A stretch of 64,000 nucleotides of DNA, from assembly GCF_038025025.1 (NCBI RefSeq), contig NW_027117348.1:186001-250000 (forward strand), given 5' to 3'. Below the pieces are notes generated by a model. The model did no database searches and was not told where the DNA came from. It saw nothing but the letters and a program-made list of their open reading frames with translations. The position numbers and the translations under genes are program-made. The stretch is from Phyllosticta citribraziliensis (Eukaryota). Below are positions 36,734 to 48,760 of the stretch, piece after piece (position 1 is the first letter of the stretch; every line of letters begins with the position of its first letter).

Positions 36734-37035
36734 CGCCGCTCGTTCTCCGCCGGCCAGTACAAGTGCTCATTCTACAGGCCTCCTACGGAGAACACGCCGT
36801 CGCACAGAAGGTCTATCATCTCCAGAACGGCGCCGGTCCCGACGGTGAAGCTCAAGGTCACCAAACACTGATGCCGCTCGTTCTCTGACGGCCAATACGA
36901 GTCCTCATTCTTCATGCGTCGAGGCCGAGATCGACAGCCAGCCTGGTGAGAGCAGTGATGTTGGCGCGGAGGACGTCGACTGAAGAGTATCGCCGCTCGT
37001 TCTCCGGCGGCGACTGTGAATGCTTATTCTTCACA
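36734..37035 (+). repeat. Three dispersed copies of a ~40-bp motif
   Basis: GCCGCTCGTTCTC(C/T)G.CGGC..T..(A/G)A.T.CT.ATTCT occurs near 36735, 36873 and 36992. Confidence 0.65.
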
Positions 37036-39150
37036 CGTCGCTCTGCCGCGCCTCCCACTGCCGCCACCACCTCCACTGCGACGCAACAGCAGCAGAAACA
37101 GCCACCACCAGCCATCCAACTCACTCGTTCTGCGCAAGGCCTGTCCAGCAGCAGGACCGGCTGAGCCCAGCCGTTCAAGTGGCCCCCTTTCCCCTCAACG
37201 TGTCCAGGATCCAGTTCTCGCCTCGCCGTGTCGCGGTGGAGAACACGCAGAAGGTCCACCATCTCGAGAATGAGCCTGGCCCGGGGGCGGACGAGAAGGC
37301 GGAGACGACGGGCTGGCCGAGCGCGACGCGATGCCAACAAGCAGGGCCGCGGAGGGGCAGAGGACGCAATGGGTATATAAGAAGTCGGTTGGTTAGGCGT
37401 AAGGCAGATCCAGCAAGTAAGCAAGCAAGCAAGCGAATAATGGTACACTTTACCCAAGGCTTCTAGCCACTCGGATCGTGATCCCGCCGCGAAATCTCAA
37501 AACTGTGGCAGGTAAGGTGAGCAGATCTAGCCAAACTCGGGACGGAGCCAGAAAGATGACGACGTAGGAAGAAAACGGACCGAAAATGCAGACGAACGCG
37601 TCAAAAACGACGAGAAGGCAGGGTGTAGACTCGCGGATCCGTTTTGCGCGAAGCAAAAGCAAAAGCAGACGCTAAAGGAGCACCAGACGGACAGACTCGC
37701 GGATGAAGCAAAGGAAAAGGCAAGGTTTCTCCCTCCTACCACAATGACGAGGACGATGCTGACAAGTAACAAGGAACGAAAGCGCAAGCATGAAGAATAA
37801 AACGGCCGCAACCAGACGCGCCTGGAGAGAAAGCAACACTCGACGAGGAAGAAGGGAGCAAAAAAACTAGAGTGAGACAAGAACGACGCAACAGAACCGC
37901 AAGGCAAAGCGACGCAAGAGCAAGCAGATAGGAAGTTCTGCCTGCGAGGACGACGCGGAGACCGAGACGAAAGAGGGACAAAAAGAAAGGAGAAGAAAAG
38001 TCGGTGGAAGCCACCCTCCCACCCGACAAAGACAGACGCGCAAGACCAGGGGGTCAAACAAGACAAGACGACGCGATGCAATCCGACGCGCAGAGATGAG
38101 AAAGAGAGAAAAGTCTGGACACACGGCAGAAAAAGCAAGCAATCGACGACATCCAAACAACACCAAAAGGCCCCCAGACCCCACAGCAGCCGGCCCACAG
38201 TCCAGCGCAACGACGGCCATCAGCCAGTCACCGCACGGACAGAGCGCGACCAACGACCATCGACCGCCGCCGGAGCAGCGCTCACGACGGACAGCCGGTG
38301 GTCAACCCTCAAGAGACTGAACTTCGCCCTCTTCCCTCCCACCAAAGCGCAACAGCCGCCAGCAGCAGCTCCGCGACGATGGCAAGCAAGACCGAAAGCG
38401 ACGTGCCTGCGCGCCAAAGCACGGCGGACACGGTGCGCTGCGGCAAGCCAACAGTGTATGTGTACCCTCAAGAGACTGATTGCGGCATTGTGTATGTTTA
38501 TACGCTGCCAGCGAAAACCCACGACCCACGGCCCACACCCCACAAGTTGCAACGACGACGGCCAGCAGCAGAAGTCCGAATGCAACGGCGCGCCGGCAGG
38601 AGCTGCATGTGTGGTGCAGAGGCTCCGCGGCGCGGTTCCCGGAAGAGACTGGATTGGGCATGCACTGCGAGGAGGTCAGTTGGTTGAGAGGGCCGCTGTG
38701 CCAGAGAGAGAGAAGTAAAAAGCAGAAAATGACGGAGAGAAGAGACAAGACTCGCGGGCTAGAGAGCCGAGAAAGGGGGTCTGCGAGAGTGGTTTGACAA
38801 GAGCTTGGAAGACGACGAGAGAGGAGAAGTAGAGAAGATGAAGAGGGACCAGGGGCTGCTGCAGGCCAACCAGAGACGAGTGAGACGTAAGGAGAAAGAG
38901 AGCCCAGAAAGGATGACGACAGGGTGGAACTGCTAAAAGAAAGGAGAAGAGAAAAGAGAAGAGAAGGACGCGCAAGAAGAAGACAAAAACAAGACGAGAA
39001 AGGAAAGATATCCAATCCAACAGGGGTGAGAGCTCACCATCCTACCATCCCACGCCCAGCACCGCCCCCCGACACCACATATCAAGACGCAGAAGCAAAA
39101 TCTCAGAGCGATCCAACACTGTCGCATTCCAACTGCAGTACACAAAAACC

Positions 39151-39857
39151 TCACCCCTCCGTCCTGGCCCGCCTGACCATAAAAGTATGCGTATCCGTCC
39201 CCTCGAGCCCGTACTTGGCCAGGTCAAACGTGTGGCTCTCGAGCGGCTCGAAGCCGGCCTTGACGTAGACGGGCAGCCCCGCCGGCGTCGCCTCGATGTA
39301 CACGGGCAGCCCGGCCGCGTCGGCGCGCGCGAAGCCCCACCGCAGCAGCAGGCTGCCGGCGCCGCGGCCTTGGTGCGAGGGGTGCGTGACGAGGAGGTGG
39401 AGGACTGGCGCGTACGTTAGCACCAGCGACGCGCATTGAGGAGGGAGGGAAGCTCACTGTAGTGCGGCGTCTTGCCCACAATACGCGCGCGCGCATTATA
39501 CAACCAGCCAAAAAAGTCGCGCTGGGCCTCGCCATGCCGCGCCTCCTCCTCGGGGATGACGGCGTAGGGTTCGCGCAGCGCAGCGAGGGCGGCGTCGTCG
39601 CGGCCGGCCTCGAGCGCCTCCCAGTGCGCGCCGGCGACGAGGCGGTCGTCGTCGTCCGTGTCCACGACCTTGACCATGGTCGCGTGCGGGTTGGCCAGCG
39701 CTGCCTCGACGCGCCGCGCGCGGTGCGCCAGGTACGCCGGGTGCGCGACGCGGCTGTGGCAGGCGAGCCCCATGCCGGCCTGGCTGAGGGCGTCGTGGGC
39801 GACGCGGGCGAAGGCGGGGACGTCGGCGGGCGTCATGGGGCGGAGTTCGAGAGGCAT
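39151..39857 (-). CDS. GNAT family N-acetyltransferase (~217 aa)
   Basis: Exons are 39857-39458 and 39404-39151. Motif A is LVTHPSHQGRGAGSLLL and motif B is YIEATPAGLPVYVKAGF. Confidence 0.9.
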
Positions 39858-42181
39858 GGCGGCGGTGGTGGTCGTGGTGGAGGTTGTTGCGTGGTGTTGA
39901 GTCTCGGAGGGGCGAAGGACGGACGGGTTTTCTGTCGTGACGGCAGCGAGGCCGCGAGGCCGCGAGCGCTCCTGTTATGGCGACTCCTCTCGGCATTCAC
40001 GACGGCGGCAGAGGCCGATTTCTAAGCACGCGGCCGCATGAAGAGGCCATTGGATGCAGCGGTGGAGACGGCGACGAGGGCGTCGACGGCGCGCCCTGTG
40101 ACAAGCAGGACGTATCCAAAGTGCACAGCACGGGGGTCGAGTCTGCCAGTATCGTGAGAAGAGGAAGAGGAGGAAAGGACCAACATCACAGAGTTCAAGC
40201 GGCCAGCCATCAAACACGCTCAATTGAACGAACCATTCTATCAACCGTCTTCTCTCAGGGACCAAAAACATCAAAGTCCGCCAGTCAAAGCGCAGGGCCA
40301 TCCCAGCGCGGATCCCCCACTCCCCAGCATTCTCCACTCTTCCATTCAGCGGACCCACGGCTCCACCAAAGGGCGTGCAATCGACAACCCACCAAGCCAG
40401 CGGCCTTGGGGAGAAGCAGTATGAGACGCAGTGATTGATGTCTAGCAACAGACGGCGGCCGGTGGTGAGCAGTCATCCCCCTAATACCCGTCTCTCAATT
40501 CGTACAGAGAAGGGCAGTCTTATAGGTCTCTACCCTTAATTTCAGTCCCTTTCTCTCCTTTCATATCATACGGTCCTCAATAGACTCTTCGCTTAAGAGT
40601 CGTTGACTACTTCAAGCGGAGTACCGTAGAGGGAGCAGAGCACGGCAGCGGGGCGGAGCGGAGCGGACGGTAGGAGCGGGCCGGCGCACGTGTGGGGGTG
40701 GGGCGGAGCGGGGGATCTCCGCTCACGTGCTCGCGTGCCACGCTCTTCCCCCTTACGACCAAACACACAACAAACCCTTCTCGCCAGCCAGCCTTGATAT
40801 GCCGTACTGACTGCTATCCTGTCAAGGTAGCCAGTCGCGCAGACGGAAGGAGAGACTCTTTTTTTAGCACGACGAACGGATGGCGCGCATACATTCCCGT
40901 TTCCCGTTCCCCAGCCTCCCTCGTGAATTGCCCGCCGCACTGATGGCCAGCCAGCCACTACATTCTCCCCCTACTCACTAGGTCGACCTGTTTTTATTTG
41001 GTGTTGGCAGCTGTCATCGCATCCCACGCAACGCGACCGGCAGCTGGCGGCTCATCCCGCGCGGGATGGATGCCGTTGTGAGGGAGCCAGCCACACACGT
41101 GACGCCAGCGTCAATCTGTAATTAACATGAGGAGATCATTAGGGAAAAAGAAAAGAGAAAAGAAGCGAAGAAATTGCGCGCTTGGCTGCCTGTCCACGCT
41201 TTGGAGTGGTATGCGGGGCAGGAAGGAATGGAGGGGTACATAGAAAGACACATGGACAGTTCACATGCCGAGCGCGCTCCTCTCCAACGACAAGCTTCCG
41301 GGTGCTGCGCTGGCAGGCACGACAGGCACGGCGCCAGGAGCATCAGGAACACTGTTGCCGTGCTGCTATAAGCGGCGGCGCTATAGCGACGGGGAGAGGG
41401 TGCACCCCAGCCCAGCGTGAAGCCCTAGTACTGTAGGCGACCCACCCCCTCCCGTTTCGAAACGCAAGAGAGACGGACGGGGCGGCAGGGCGCGGGAGGG
41501 AGGGAGGGCGGGCGGGCAGACGGCAAAAAGGAAAGGGAAATGGAGCGAGATTTTTGTATTATTGTGTGGCTGTGCGCAGAGAGGGCATCCCCGCGTTGTC
41601 GGCGGGTGTGCGGGCGGTGTTCTACCAACGATGGGGAGGGGATGGGGATGATGGGCACACTGCATGTGGTGTTGTACGGGCGAGGGGCACGGTTTCACGA
41701 CGGCTGCACACTTTTTGCTGAAACGGGGGGATGCAAAGGGGATAGAGGGAGGGAGAATTGGGCGCGGCAGAGAACTGTAGGGAGGGCGTTGGGTTGGGTG
41801 TTGATGATCTGATCTAATGATGGTGGCTCAAAATAGCCGGCCAATGGGAAGCATCCGCCAGATGTATGTCGTCCATCCACCCATCCATCCACAGCTGTCA
41901 GTGTATAACCACCAGTCGACTCGGTTGGGAGTACTGAATTGGACGCAGGAACTGCCATCGACACAGCAGGAGGCATCGATCCAGTGACTGGTGGCTGCAT
42001 TTTCTTCGTCGCATTCCCCCGTCACCGTCTCCGCATTGGGCCTGGCGGGACGACTGCAGCGGTCCCCAGTCCACGTCCGTCGTACTGCTGCACATCCTAG
42101 GTATACTACACCTCGTCTCCCTCGACCCATTGACGCTCGCCCTCTCCCGTCCACCTCACCTGCAATGCGATAGTCGGCACC

Positions 42182-44420
42182 ATGGCCCCCCAGGCGCCCC
42201 TCGCGCTCCTCTTCGTCCTCGCCATCGCCCTCGCGGCCGTCCAGGCCCAGCAGGTGCAGCTGCTCAACTACGACGCCCTGCCCGGCTGCGCCAAAGGCTG
42301 CACCAACCTCAAGACCGCCCAGGACGGCTGCATCCCGCCCCAGGCCGGCGTCAGCACCCAGCAGACGTACGTCAGCTGCTTCTGCCAGAGCGCGTTCCTG
42401 GTCAACCTCAAGACGACGGCCCAGGGCCTGTGCGACGCGGCGTGTCCGAGCACGAGCGACCAGAATGGCATCAAGGACTGGTACAACAAGTTCTGCCAGA
42501 GCGGCGGCACCGAAGGCGCTGCGGGAGGAGGAGGACAGAAGACGGAGCCGTCCAAGACGGCTGGATCAGCATCGACGCCGAGTCCCAGCACGGCCAAGAA
42601 TAATAATAATGAGCAGGGCGTGGTGAGCGACAAGACGAGCTACCAAGGGAGCTGGTGCGTACACATCCAATTCCAATTCCAATTCCACCCCACAATCCAC
42701 TAACGCCCCCAGGATCTCCGCGCACTGGCGCTGGATCGTCATGATTGTCGTCATCTTCACGGGCCTGATGCTGCTCACGCTGCTCGGCCTGTACCTCAAA
42801 CGGCGCTCGCGCGCCCGCCACGACGCGCGCCAGGCCAACGTCGCGGCCCCCGAGGCGGCCTTTTCCGCCCCCTTGCCGCCCGCCGCGCCGCCCATGGCCC
42901 ACGCCAAACACACGCCCGACGACAGCGGCACATTGACATCCACCATCGACTTTGGCAGCACCAGCAGCATCACCGCCGCCGGCCCCAACTCGAGCGTGGG
43001 CAACATTGCCCAGAACTTCCTCGGCCGCAACCGCTCGCGCAGCAACCCGCTCGGCCGCTTCCCCAATACTTCTCAGAATAATGTCGTCCAGCCCGTCCCC
43101 AACCCGCTCAATGTGTGGGGCCCGCACCAGCACCAGGCCGCCACGCGCGGCTACGAGTATCCCACGTACCAGAATGGCAGCGGACGAGCTCCGAGCCGCA
43201 GCGACCCGCGGCTGAACGGCTACGGCGCGAGCCCGTCAACTGACGCCAGTCCCGTCTCGCCGAGTCCGGGGACGGGCAGTCCGAATGCCAGCTTCCCGCA
43301 CATTGCGGCGGGTGCTGCTGGCGCTGCATTCCCTTCTTCTTCACCTTCCCATGGCTACGGTCACAGCCATGGCCCTGGCCCCTCGCCCCTGGGAGCGGGA
43401 GCCGGGACGCCACGTAAAAGCAGCAGTCGGGGCGAACTAGCCAACAAGGCGGCCGGAATGCCACCACAGCCGCTCATCGCCGCCGCCGGCAACGCGCCAT
43501 CGCCGAGCACGCCGCCCTCCGCGTCGTCCAAGCAGGCTCGCGAGCGCACGCCGCCGTCCGCCGGGTCTGGCGCGCGCTCGACGGGTTCGGCCTCCTCGCG
43601 GCCAGAGGTCCCGCGGCTCAACACGGCGGTGGGGAATGCGTCGAAGGCGAAAGCGCTGCCACCGACGCCACAGCAACCGACGACACCACCGCGGCAGACG
43701 ACGCCCAAAACACCACAAGCACAATCGCAATCGCAATCGCAGACGCCGCCAGCCGCCACGGCCGGCGCAACCGCCACCCCGCCCTCCTCGTCCAGCAAAC
43801 CAGCCGTCGTCTCGCGGCCCCCGCCCGCCAACGGCTCCCGCAGCGTGCGCGAGCGCGAACGCCTCGCCGCCTACGATCTGGAGAGAGGCGAGGCAGAAGG
43901 CGCAGGTGAACGACACCACTACCGCACGCGCAGCCAGGAGTACGGCGCCGCGGCGTCGTATCACAACGCGGGGTTTGCGACGGGCGGGAGCGTGTACAGG
44001 CGCAACAACAATAAGAAAGAGAACGCAGAGAAAGAAGGAGGCGGTGAGGTGCTCAGGGGTAGAAGTGTCGGCAGGGGCGGCGCGTTGGTTGCCGGTGACG
44101 AGGCGGAGGTGCAGAAAACAGGCGGCGGTGCTGGTGGTGGTGGGTGGGCGGACGTCTCGGACGCCGTGGCCGGCGCTGCGAACATGGTTGCAAGGAGTTT
44201 TGACGATTTGCATGCGCGGGCGGGGGCGGGTGGGATGGGCGTCGGTGGAAGCGGCATCAACCGCGACGGCCTCGGCAGCCATCGCCGCGTCACGAGCCCC
44301 CTCTCGGCGGACAATGCGCGCGAGAAGCTGCGGCGGAAGTTGAGTCGGCAGGGGAGCGGGTTCTTTGACCAGGATGGTGTTGAGGGCAGGGGGGAGAGGG
44401 AGGGGTTTGAGGGGCTTTAG
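42182..44420 (+). CDS. Single-pass membrane protein: signal peptide, Cys-rich CFEM-like ectodomain, TM helix and long P/S-rich cytoplasmic tail (~726 aa)
   Basis: Exons are 42182-42654 and 42713-44420. The Cys pattern is LPGCAKGC..C..SCFCQS..LCDAAC..WYNKFC and the TM segment is WRWIVMIVVIFTGLMLLTLLGLYLKRR. Confidence 0.8.
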
Positions 44421-46387
44421 TTGATTGGTTGGTTGGTTGATTTGGTGATGATGAGGGGGATGGGGATGGGTAATTGCGGAGTAATGCGGAGGAAAGGGGG
44501 AAGGGATGGGAAAGGGTGTGTGTATAGTTTGCGTGGTATGGATATGGATATGGATAGGATGGGATAGTCGTACTGTAGTTATGAGGCAGCAGTTAAGAAG
44601 TAGTCGGTCTATAGGAAGTGAAGAGAAAGGGGCAGGAGAGAAAGGGGGAAGGGAAGGGAAGGGAAGAGAGTAATTCGTTATATACCTACGTCCAACTCTA
44701 CCTCCTACCGCTAGTATCACGTTCTTCGCTCGCCCGTCTCGTCAGGGCACCCTTCTCTAAACAACACTTCCCCTTGTTTTCAGCGCAGCCGAACACATCA
44801 ACAGCAATTCCGGCGTCGTAGGCTTCTCGCCCTGCCATCCTCGCCGCCGCTATAGCAATCGCGCGCACAGAAGCCGCCCCAAAAGTATCTCCTTGCCCTT
44901 ATTCAGCGCACGCACGAGCGACCGCTCCGTCGTGCGCCGGCCTTAAGTTATGATGAAGTGAGTTTGAGCGAGCGAGGCCACGGCGTAAGAGTCCTAGGAT
45001 CGATTGCGCAGTTCGTGAGCCTCCCTGCGTGCCTAAAAGCCATGTCCAACGCTCGCTGCGTCGATGGGCATCACTGAGGCCCCCAAGCAAGGCCCCAGCG
45101 CACATGTGAATCCGCGACGGAAGGGATGAAGTCAGCGTGTATAGAGGCGCGAAACGGGCTGCTTCGTCGCGAATGCTGTTTGGGGCAGCCGTGGGCAGTC
45201 CGCGCTGGCACGGCGCGGCCTTGGTGTTGAAATTTTGTTCTTCGGGGCTCGTCGCGGGCGGTTTCTGGAGACGGATTTGAGCATTAGCATTTAGGCGCCA
45301 CTGGGAAAGTGAGAGAGAAGACGCTGAGTGGGCTGGGCGGGATTGCGGCGGAAGTGTTTGCTTGTTTGTCTTCTGCGCTGGAGGGGAAGTAGAGGGGGAG
45401 ATGGAATGTCGCCGAATCGTTGGGACGCTTGGATGGTGCCTGGTATCATGGCAGCGCCTTCGAGTTTGTGTCTTTGATGTCTGGCATTCATGGAAAGGGA
45501 TCTCTCGTGGTTGGAAGTCTGGGAGAGGATGCCAAATGGGCGGGCGGAAAAGCCATGCGCGCCCAAAAATCAGCTTCGTGCGGCAAACTGAGGTCCCGCT
45601 GCTAAAGTGACAATGATACTTTCTCCAGGAGAGAAGAAGCCTCTGGAATGACCATGAACACGAGTCTAGAAATCGAAGTGACTGCAGCCTGTCTAGACGT
45701 CACTGGTTCGCCATCAACTAACAGAGAACATGCGGGTGCACTGCAAGACTAATGGGAACCCGCATCAGGCTTAGCGCCATCATGGTTCTGGCGTTGTTTA
45801 CCTGGCCGGATTAATTTTCGCGTGGGCGCTGCCTGGGGGATACCGGTGAAGTCGTCTCGCGTCGCGTAAATCTCAACACCACACAACGCCTCCAGCATCA
45901 AAAATCCACACCCCAACCCCTCCCCACCTCACCGTTGCGTGATTCGTCCCAATGGCCATCACACGCCCTCACGTCTGCTCGTCCAACTCTGTTTGGGACG
46001 GCGGGACCGCCTATATTGCACAGTCACCACGCTCAACCCAGCGCAAGGCCGCGCCAGCTAGAGGACTCAAAGCTTCAAGCTCTGGTCCTGTCAAGACTCT
46101 CTTCAGGGCGCGACAACGGTACGGAACTACCTTCCTCTTGCGTCAAACGATGTGCTGACCTCCCTGCGCTGCAGAATCCCTCGCCCTCCACGCGGGCCAC
46201 TCATCCGCTCGCTTCTCGCCATCAAGGCAGAGGCCCACCAGTGCTGCGCCTTGCCAACAAGATCGCTTGCGCTGGCTGGCTCGCGCTGTCTACACGCGCA
46301 GAGCCCAGCGGCCTCGGACTCATCATCGTGTGGCGGGGCCATGCCAGCCCTGCGCCGACACTGCGGTCAGGGATCCTGCAAGCGCCG

Positions 46388-46738
46388 TGTTTGACTGGAG
46401 CTCTCCCCCACCGAGAGCCAGCCAGAGCATGGTGCCTCAGCAGTAAGTACTACATCACAATCATCTTGATTGACTAAATGCTAACACTTCTCCAGGTCTT
46501 CACGTCCAATAGGCTTGAAGTCAGCCCGACTGAAGCACAGCACGACTTCACCGAACCCGCATACGCCATGTTTGACTGGAGCTCTCCCCCAACGAGAGCA
46601 AGCTAGAGCATGGTGCCTTAGCAGTAAGTACTACATCAAAATTGTCTTGATTGACTAAATGCTAACATTGTTCCAGATCTTCACGTCCCATAGGCTTGAA
46701 GTCAGCCCGACTGAAGCACTGCACGACTTCACCGACCC
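46388..46738 (+). repeat. Tandem duplication (period 181 bp), each unit containing an intron
   Basis: TGTTTGACTGGAGCTCTCCCCCA..GTAAGTAC..GCTAACA..CCAG..CACGACTTCACCGA occurs at 46388 and 46569. The introns are 46443-46495 and 46624-46676. Confidence 0.9.
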
Positions 46739-48760
46739 TAAGGCCGCCAAACATGCAACCACGCGCGTGCGCCTGCTTGGTGATTTCACCCCCGTCGCCC
46801 CAGCCGTTGCAAAGTCCACCGCCCGTGAACCGGTATATCCCTGCCACACTAGTACGGCTTCGGTGGACATGGTCCCTCCCACGCAGAAGACCCAGCTCAC
46901 GGCGGCGGCTGTCCGGCATACTCTGGCCAAGACAGTCTGGACTTCACCATCCTCTACGATTTCGAAGCAGCCAAGTTTGCAGACCGCACGGTCACTCGGA
47001 TTGCACTCCTTCCCCCAGACCAACAAGTCCATCATCAAACAGAGCTACACGGCCACCGGCGCCCGCCCCCGTCCCCCGCACGCTCAGCCATCCCCGGGAG
47101 CTCCGCATCCAGCTAGGATACATGTTCAACGAGCCGTTGGGTATGTGTTGCTCGACGACCCGGAGCTTGGGGAGAGGACGATCCGGATTACTTCCCGCGC
47201 TCGTGGTCCGCACTTGATGCTCCTGTCTATCCCGTCCCCAGACATGGACGGGACCCCGCAAGCTTTCTTTCGGCAGGTACGACTTTTTGTACCTGCGCAT
47301 TGATTTCCGCAACGGATACAATGTTGGATACGCGTTCGTCAACTTTGCCACGGCAATGGACGTGCACACATTCTGCGAGAGACTTTTTCCTCGCCGTCCA
47401 GAATGTGTTCAAGACCTGGACAGTGAGGGAGTAGTCAAGGGCACATGGTTGAAGAAGCTTCTTGGTGCTCCTATCCAATCCATCCTATGATGGACGGGGG
47501 ATATTGGCTATGCGTTCGTCAACTTTGCCACGGCCATGGACGTCCACACATTTTGCGAGAGACTACTCTCTCGCCGTCCAGAATGTGTTCAAGACTTGGA
47601 CGGTGAGGGAGTAGTCAAGGGCACATGGTTGAAGAAGCTTCTTGGTGCTCCTATCCAATCCATCCTATGATGGACGGGGGATGTTGGCTATGCGTTCGTC
47701 AACTTTGCCACGGCCATGGACGTCCGCAACTTCTGCGAGCACCAAGACCTCGCGGACAAGGGGGCTCAGCGAATCAAGATCGCACTCTCTCGCCGTCCAA
47801 AACATGCTCACAAATTGGACGGCGGGAGAGTAGTCCAGGACACGCGTTTGAAGAGGTTTCTTGGTGCTCCTATCCATTGCCCATCCTTTTATGGACGGGT
47901 GCTCACTTTGCTTCTCTGCCTGCGTGTGCCCCTTCATCCATCCTCCCTCCTCTTCGTTTCGCTTCTTCCGTCACCCACCTCTCACTACAACACCATGGCC
48001 CGCGATCTGTACGCGTCGTCACGCTCCTCCAAAGCCATGAATAAGGGGGCGCAGAAGATCAAGATCGCACTCTCTCGCCGTCCAAAAAAGGTTCACGACT
48101 TGGACGGTGGGAGAGTCGCCCAGAACACACGTCGAGATGGCTGGCTTCTTGGTGCTCCTATCCAATATCCATCCTCAGATGGACGGGTGCACGCCAATTG
48201 TGCACTCAACTTTTTCTTCCTTCCCTGTCGTGTCTTCACCCCGCAAGGGCCGCGACACGACCCCGTTTCGCTTCTTCCATCCTTTCAGACGTCCACCCAC
48301 CTCTCACCACAACACCATGGCCCGCGACATGTACGAGTCGTCTCCCTCCTCCAAGGGTCGCGACACCACCCCAGTCACAAGCCCCATCATCACCTTTGAG
48401 AATGAAGGCTTCGGCACCAACGGCACTGCTCCTGCGGTGCAGCCAACTACTCAAGGTCCCAATGGTGTCGTTCGCGTCGGTAGCCAGGACTCAGTCGGCA
48501 ATGGCCGCCTAAGCCCAGTCAGTTGGCCTCTTGGTGCTCCTGTCCAATATCCATCTTTTGATGGACGGGTGCGCACGAATTGTGCACTCAACCTTCCTTT
48601 CCCTAGTCTTGTTGTGGCTCTCTTTCGTACTGGTGTCGTTCGCGTTGGTGGCCAGGACTCAGTCGGCAACTCGCGCCTCAGCCAGCGCTTCTCCACGGAG
48701 ATTGCGACGACGCGCTACGTCCTCGTCCGACTCCACGACTCTTACGACCGCATTGGCGAG
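46680..48760 (+). pseudogene. Scrambled mei2-like RNA-binding protein relic (C-terminal RRM3/RRM_2 fragments, amplified)
   Basis: SFGRYDFLYLRIDFRNGYNVGYAFVNF (~47265-47346) closely resembles the Mei2 RRM3 signature FGKYDFMYLRIDF.N.CNVGYAFINF. GYAFVNF recurs three times. Frameshifts and stops prevent a full CDS. Confidence 0.7.
47323..47900 (+). repeat. Tandem array of three ~180-bp units (third unit with an insertion)
   Basis: AACTTTGCCACGGC occurs at 47341, 47521 and 47701, exactly 180 bp apart. Units 1 and 2 are nearly identical. Confidence 0.95.
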
